Virus record (IMG/VR): IMGVR_UViG_3300010365_001248
Span: 99,913-163,912 of that record
Length of the DNA: 64,000 nt
DNA from: a virus
Lineage: Duplodnaviria; Caudoviricetes
Strand: one strand, 5' to 3'
The notes below the pieces were generated by a model that saw nothing but the letters and a program-made list of their open reading frames with translations, was not told the DNA's origin and made no database searches. Positions 58,487-64,000 of the stretch are shown here, in pieces. Made by a program: the position numbers and the translations under genes. The number at the start of each line of letters is the position of its first letter. Positions within the stretch are counted from its first letter, which is position 1.

Positions 58487-61400
58487 TTAAATTACATTTA
58501 CAAATCTACATCCGCTCATTTCTGGAATACAAATAGGATTATTTATGTTATAAATAGTTTTATTATTTGCAGTTTTTTCTATATTTAAACATAAGTCATT
58601 CGTAGGTTTAAATAAAGCTTCAGGGTAAGTATTAATTAAATTATTTTTTTGTTCTTCTTTAAAAGAAATAATTTCTGTAATTATATTATCCTCTTTTTTA
58701 ACTTCAAAGTAGGTTTCTATATCGTTAATTGGTATAGAACAAGTTTTAGTATCTGTATCCTTAATTGTAATAGAAAATAAAAAAGAATTAACTTCTTTTT
58801 TACAATATCTTTCCACCTAATTAGAAAAAAGATAAGGTTTATGTTCTTCTTTTACTTCTCCATTATCATCTGTTATTTCACATAAATAGATATGTTTATC
58901 CCTTCCTTTATAAGTAGATTGTTTATACTATGTAGCAGACTACGAAGGATCTATAATTAAACCATACCATTTTTCAAATTCAGGAAAATAAAAATCAACT
59001 CCGTCTGTAATATAAGGTGCTACTTCATCAGCATCTTTATGTACCTAAGGTGTTGTGAGGCTATAGTTATAAGTATCTCCTATTTTAGTATATTTATAAA
59101 TTTTAGACAAAATACCTACATTTGCATTATATAATGTTGGATCATTTACATGTTTACATAAAGCATAAGCATCATCTCTTAATTTAGGCAATAATATTGC
59201 TCCAATGTTTGCTCCTGCAGAAGCACTTCCAAAATCATTACCTGTATTAATATAAGTGTGCCAATGTACAAAATAACCTGTTGTTGGTTTAAATATATAT
59301 TTCTATGTTACTGGATCTTTATCAGTAAATAAATCCTAATTTAAATTTGAATCAAATTTAAAATATCCTATAAAACGTCCTATATCAGGTCCATGTAAAA
59401 TACTTGTATTTAATATTCTACCTGTATTAATAGCAGATATTTTATGAGTATCTTCCCAATGATAACCTGAATTTCCAGTAGGTTCTGCATCAGGACCTAC
59501 AAATTCAAAACATTGACACTAACTATAAGATGAGCCCATATTTCTATTTTTAATAGTTAAATTTGGATCTTCTATATAATAAATTTTTGTATCATTTGGT
59601 CCAGATTTTACAATATATTTTCCAGATGAAGGTTCTGTTGTTTGCCAACGATAAAAAGACTGTGGATTCCAATTAATAATAGGTAAAACTGTATTACCAG
59701 AAGGATATTTTACAAAATTATTTCCATCACCTTCAGCAACAACACCCTAACCTAAAGATTTATCTTGATCATCTGAATCAGTATAAGTTAAACCTATAAT
59801 ATTTAAACTATTTATTCCAGAATAATAATTAGGCATTTTTATAATATCATTATATACATTAAAAGTGCATCCACTATAATATACTTTATCAATTGGATTT
59901 CCTGAATCAAATATTTCTGGAGAAGGATTATTAGAATCTATTTTTAATATATATTTTTTATTATAAGGATAATATTTAAAAGATTCCTTTTCATTTTTTA
60001 TATTTTGATAAAATTCTTCAAAAACTTTAATATCAGTATTTAATTCTTTAGCTTGAGGTAAAGTTAAAGTTATTGATTCTGTCTAATTAGTATCTTCTAA
60101 AGTAATTTTAAAATCACATTTAATTTCATTATTTTCTACTCTAACATCTCCATTAGTTTGAATAACAGTTTCTTCAGTATTTAACCATTTTTGTTTTTCG
60201 AAAGGAGTGGCTAAACGAATTTTAATTAAATCACAAGTAATATCTGTAGCAGTTTTATGTGCAGCATTAGTATCTACATATAAAGCATACCATTCTCCTT
60301 CAATAGGTTTAAAATCTAAAAAATTACCTTGTTCAGTATGAACAATACTCTAAACTGACCAAGGTTCTACACTAACTCCGTCAGATGTATTCCATGAAGT
60401 AGAATACTAAGTAGGAAAAGCATATTGATAAGTAGATAAAGCTAAGGATTTACCTCCTACATGAAAATGCCAAAAGTTATTACCTATAACTGGATTAGTA
60501 TTAGTTTTTAATCTATAGCCTTGCTTGAAAAAATTATCAGGATTTTTACCTATCTAAATTAAAGCTATAACATTCCCATCAGGTAAAGTTCCTGCTGCTT
60601 TAGTTTCTGTAGCTTTAGTATAAATAGTTAAAGATCCGTCATTATTTACTTTAAATAATCCTCCTGCTAGTTGATTATCAACTGAACCTACATTATATTT
60701 ATTTGAAGTTAAATGATAAATAGACTATTTTTGGATTTTAGAGCATGTAATTTCTTCATCATCTCCAGCAATTAAAAATCCACAACCTATACCTATTTTC
60801 CATTGTAAATCTGTATTATTTAATAATTGAATTCCAGCTTCATTATAAATAAGAGTAGCACTATTATGATTATTATTTTTTATACCATTTAAATCGGCAT
60901 CATAAAGATTTCCTTCTTTTTCTACCCCATTTTCTGTGTATTTATAAGTTCCTATTACCTCAGAATTTTTAGCAGCATTTATATTAACTGCATATTTATA
61001 TTTTGGTTCATATACTATAATAGCAGGTTTTTCAGCAGTACAAATTGTATATAAAGCATTATTATTAGAAAAAGAAGCCATACAAATATCTGAAAAGGAT
61101 TCTTTCTGAGTTAACAAACCATTAATATGTAGTCCAGTTTGTCCTACAAGTGTTTCTCCATAAATTTTAGATGGAATAGTTAAAAAAGTACAACCACTAT
61201 AAGTTGGTAAATTAATAGAACTAGAAAAAATTCTAGGAGCAGTTGTATCTTTACCTAAATCTAAAGCTAAAGGTTCACTTGGAGTATAATTAAAATCACT
61301 TGTATTATTTATTGTATACTATTCATTAGTAGTATTAATAGTTACTTTATTTAATAAATTAGTAATAGTTTGTTTTGTAGTACTTAAAATATTGTCATTT

Positions 61401-61618
61401 TTATCTTTAATAAAAAATTCATATTTAATACTTGAAGAAGTATATTCTACATTACAATATGTTTGAAAGGTATTTTGATTATCTGCAGAAATTAGTAAAG
61501 GTCCTTTAATAGAATCTGAACCATGCCAGAAAATAATATCATTATTATTAGTATCCTTACCTACTAACATTCTTATTTCTGAATTATTATATTTTAAGTG
61601 TCTATAATTTTCTAACAT
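58487..61618 (-). CDS. Large beta-rich fibre/receptor-binding-like protein, ~1043 aa (TAG=Gln)
   Basis: Fragments starting 61618, 61117 and 58816 share one frame; 3132 nt. Confidence 0.6.
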
Positions 61619-61630
61619 ATTAATTTAAAT

Positions 61631-61656
61631 AAAAAGAAGAGGAAAATCCTCTTCTT
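61631..61656 (-). terminator. Intrinsic terminator
   Basis: AAGAAGAGGA-TTT-TCCTCTTCTT plus U-tract. Confidence 0.8.
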
Positions 61657-61657
61657 A

Positions 61658-62392
61658 TTAATTAGTTTTTCCTACAATTTTAATAGTTGTAGGATTATCA
61701 TTATCTATATTCCAAGCAGTTAAAGTTATTTCAGGAAGAGTAACTACTTTATTAGTAATATCTAAATTAGATCCATCAAAACTTATATTATCTATTTTTC
61801 CTCCTTCAGGCAAAGGTATATTCTCAGTCGTTGTGTTAGTTGTTACTACTAAATTATTATTAATAATTTGTAAATTTTTAATATAAGGAGTATTAATTTC
61901 ACAATAATCAAGCACCCCTTCCGAAGTTAAAGTAACATCTATATATTTAGCCCTATTAGATGAATAATCCTCTGTTTCTAAAAAAATAAAATGTATAATA
62001 CTATTTAGATTATGACGTCCGATTTGAGGACAATTCTATCTATAATAAAATTTGTATTTTTTAAATTTATCTACATCTGTATTAGTATATACTGTAAATA
62101 ATGCTTGTAGTTCTGATTGGTTTAGAGTTTGCCAATTTTTTCCTTTTTTACAAATTATTGCATTACTACCTGATTGAGGCTAAAAATAATAATGAATTTC
62201 AGATTCAACATTTCCATTGGAATCAGGAAACTCACCATTAACTGACTTTACATTACCACTAAAATCATATTCACTAACATAGCAGCCTTTCTATTCATCA
62301 TAAATTTGATCTGCTGTTGTTAATATATGGTCTGAATCGGTAGAGTACAATGAACCTCCTGAAATCTATTTATTTTTATTTATGGTTGGCAT
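61658..62392 (-). CDS. Fibre-associated protein (TAG=Gln)
   Basis: ATG 62392 in frame with 61658-61915; N-terminus resembles 42280-42462. Confidence 0.6.
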
Positions 62393-62397
62393 AATTA

Positions 62398-63177
62398 TTA
62401 CTGATTAATTTTATAAATTATCTATCCTGGAGAAGATGTACCAGCAGTTCTATATATTCTATAAGATTCTGTTAAAGAAGAATCATGCTGATATACATTT
62501 AAAGTATTAATTTGAGAATAATTAACAGCAGTTCCCATAGAATCTTTAATAGAATTTATAGTATATTTAGATGGCACTATAAAGTATGTATAGGCTCCTG
62601 CAATAGTATTTGTTACAGTGTGGGATTTAGCTGCAAAAAATTCTCTAACTACACAATCACTATCATTATCCATATCATGAATTTCAGTAGCAGTTAAAGA
62701 AGATTTAGTACTAAATATTAGTTTAAATTTGCCCTCTATAGTTACTGGTAATGATTCTGTAAGTACATTACCTGTATTATCTTTAATACTAAAATTAACT
62801 GTTTTTGAAGCAGTATCTTTTTCAATAGTAATAAGTTTTTCTTTATATCCTGATTCAGTAGTAATTGGAAAGTTAGTTCCGTCAATTACTATTTCAGTTA
62901 CAGGATTAGATTGTGTAGTAAAATTAACTCTAGCAGTAATATTAGTATTTATACCTTTTTCTACTTTTCCAGGATTCAAACTTTGTGACCATGTAGGTGC
63001 TTTATATGGAGTAATTAATGTAGAAAGTAATTCCTAAATACTTGTAAAAGTATCTCCTTTTTTAATTCCACCAATATCCATAGTAGCTATTACTTGCGGA
63101 GCACCTACAGCATTAGAATCCATTATAATAGGATCTGTAGTACCACTTTTTATTTTATCATAAACGAACTATGTCAT
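62398..63177 (-). CDS. Beta-rich decoration/fibre protein (TAG=Gln)
   Basis: ATG 63177 in frame with 62422-62979; IGGIKKGDTF...YTYFIVP; resembles 42465-43316. Confidence 0.65.
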
Positions 63178-63181
63178 AATT

Positions 63182-64000
63182 TTATTTATTAGGTTTTTTA
63201 ACATATCTTAATTGGAGTCCCTGAACTAAATCTATAGAAGGTAATATTTCTATTTCTGGATCTAATAAAGAAATATCTGCATATTTAGCTTCTCTATAAG
63301 TATTTAATAATTGACTAGAAACTAAATCTTTAGTCCAATAATAATAATCTGATTTTTCTTCACCATTTTCTATGTGCCCAGGAGTAAAAATTAATACTTC
63401 AAAAGTATTTTTAAAATAAACTATTTTATAAGTTTCTTTATCCTCAATATGATCTATATTAGCAGCTAATTCTAACCAATCTAATTCAGTAGGTTCTTCT
63501 AAACTTCTGTAGTAGAATCATTTATAGCAAATTCCCAATTAGAAATACCATATTTATCAAGATTTTTATCTATAATTTCTCCATCAGTTAAATTATAATT
63601 CCAATCATTTTTAGGATATTCTTTAAGGGCTTTTACTTTTTGATGTTTATAATTTTCAACTTCATCCCACATACTCTTTGTAGAAATCTTGTCTGAAAAT
63701 CTATAAGTCCCATTAGGTACTTCTGTAGTAGAATCATTTATAGCAAATTCCCAATTAGAAATACCATATTTATCAAGATTTTTATCTATAATTTCTCCAT
63801 AAGCTACAATATTACCTGTATATAAAGGAGAATCAGCTCCTAAATTTGCAGAATTCCAGAGAGTACCGATAGAAAAAGTTAGGTCTCCATATAGGTCTAC
63901 TGTACTTACGTCTAAAGCTCCACAACCACAATTACAACCTTCGTCTTCTTGTTCCGTTGACCCTACTAATTCGAAAGCCCCTACTACATCTACTACTGTC
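63182..64000 (-). pseudogene. C-terminal part of a DUF1566/C-type-lectin-fold-like protein, frameshifted at an 82-bp duplication
   Basis: LWNSANLGADSP..TG...YGE in one frame; PTELDWLEL...YYWT...GLQLRYV in another. Confidence 0.55.
63503..63800. repeat. Exact 82-bp direct repeat (63503-63584 and 63719-63800)
   Basis: Identical sequence acttctgtagtag...atttctccat. Confidence 0.95.

Noticed and set aside
2370-63037. All plus-strand ORFs in the track
   Set aside because: Short antisense shadows of longer minus-strand genes with no recognisable motifs.
1-64000. Mass pseudogenisation suggested by fragmented ORFs
   Set aside because: Breaks are in-frame TAG codons or introns, frames are preserved, and a CUA tRNA is present.
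63182-64000. Diversity-generating retroelement TR/VR pair
   Set aside because: The two copies are identical with no adenine-specific differences, and no reverse transcriptase is visible in this window.

Overview
AT-rich, single-strand (all genes on minus) virion-morphogenesis block of a Crassvirales (crAss-like, Bacteroidetes-infecting) phage that recodes TAG as Gln (genetic code 15). The fragmented ORF track is an artefact of standard-code translation: the fragments join in frame across TAG codons. In transcription order (right to left): fibre/decoration genes, a CW_7 protein, an amber (CUA) suppressor tRNA behind a Bacteroidetes promoter overlapped by a 17-bp palindrome, a PD-(D/E)XK nuclease, GroES, terminase (2 group I introns), portal (1 intron), spanin-like and DUF5675 genes, an almost TAG-free fibre cassette (SGNH esterase fibre, BspA/DUF285 repeat protein), scaffold, major capsid protein (MCP), capsid and ring proteins, holin-like gene, IHF-like pair, tail hub/muzzle genes and large cargo proteins. 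Most notable: the MCP gene has 5 exons. Three introns are full group I introns with GIY-YIG homing endonucleases. The fourth is a 77-nt core-less mini-intron (33143-33219) followed by an 8-nt micro-exon (33135-33142). It keeps P1/P10 guide pairing and the terminal G but no ribozyme core, so it probably depends on a neighbouring intron's catalytic core. Family names are from motif recognition by eye, not database searches. Long CDS boundaries rest on frame arithmetic across ORF fragments plus partial manual translation.
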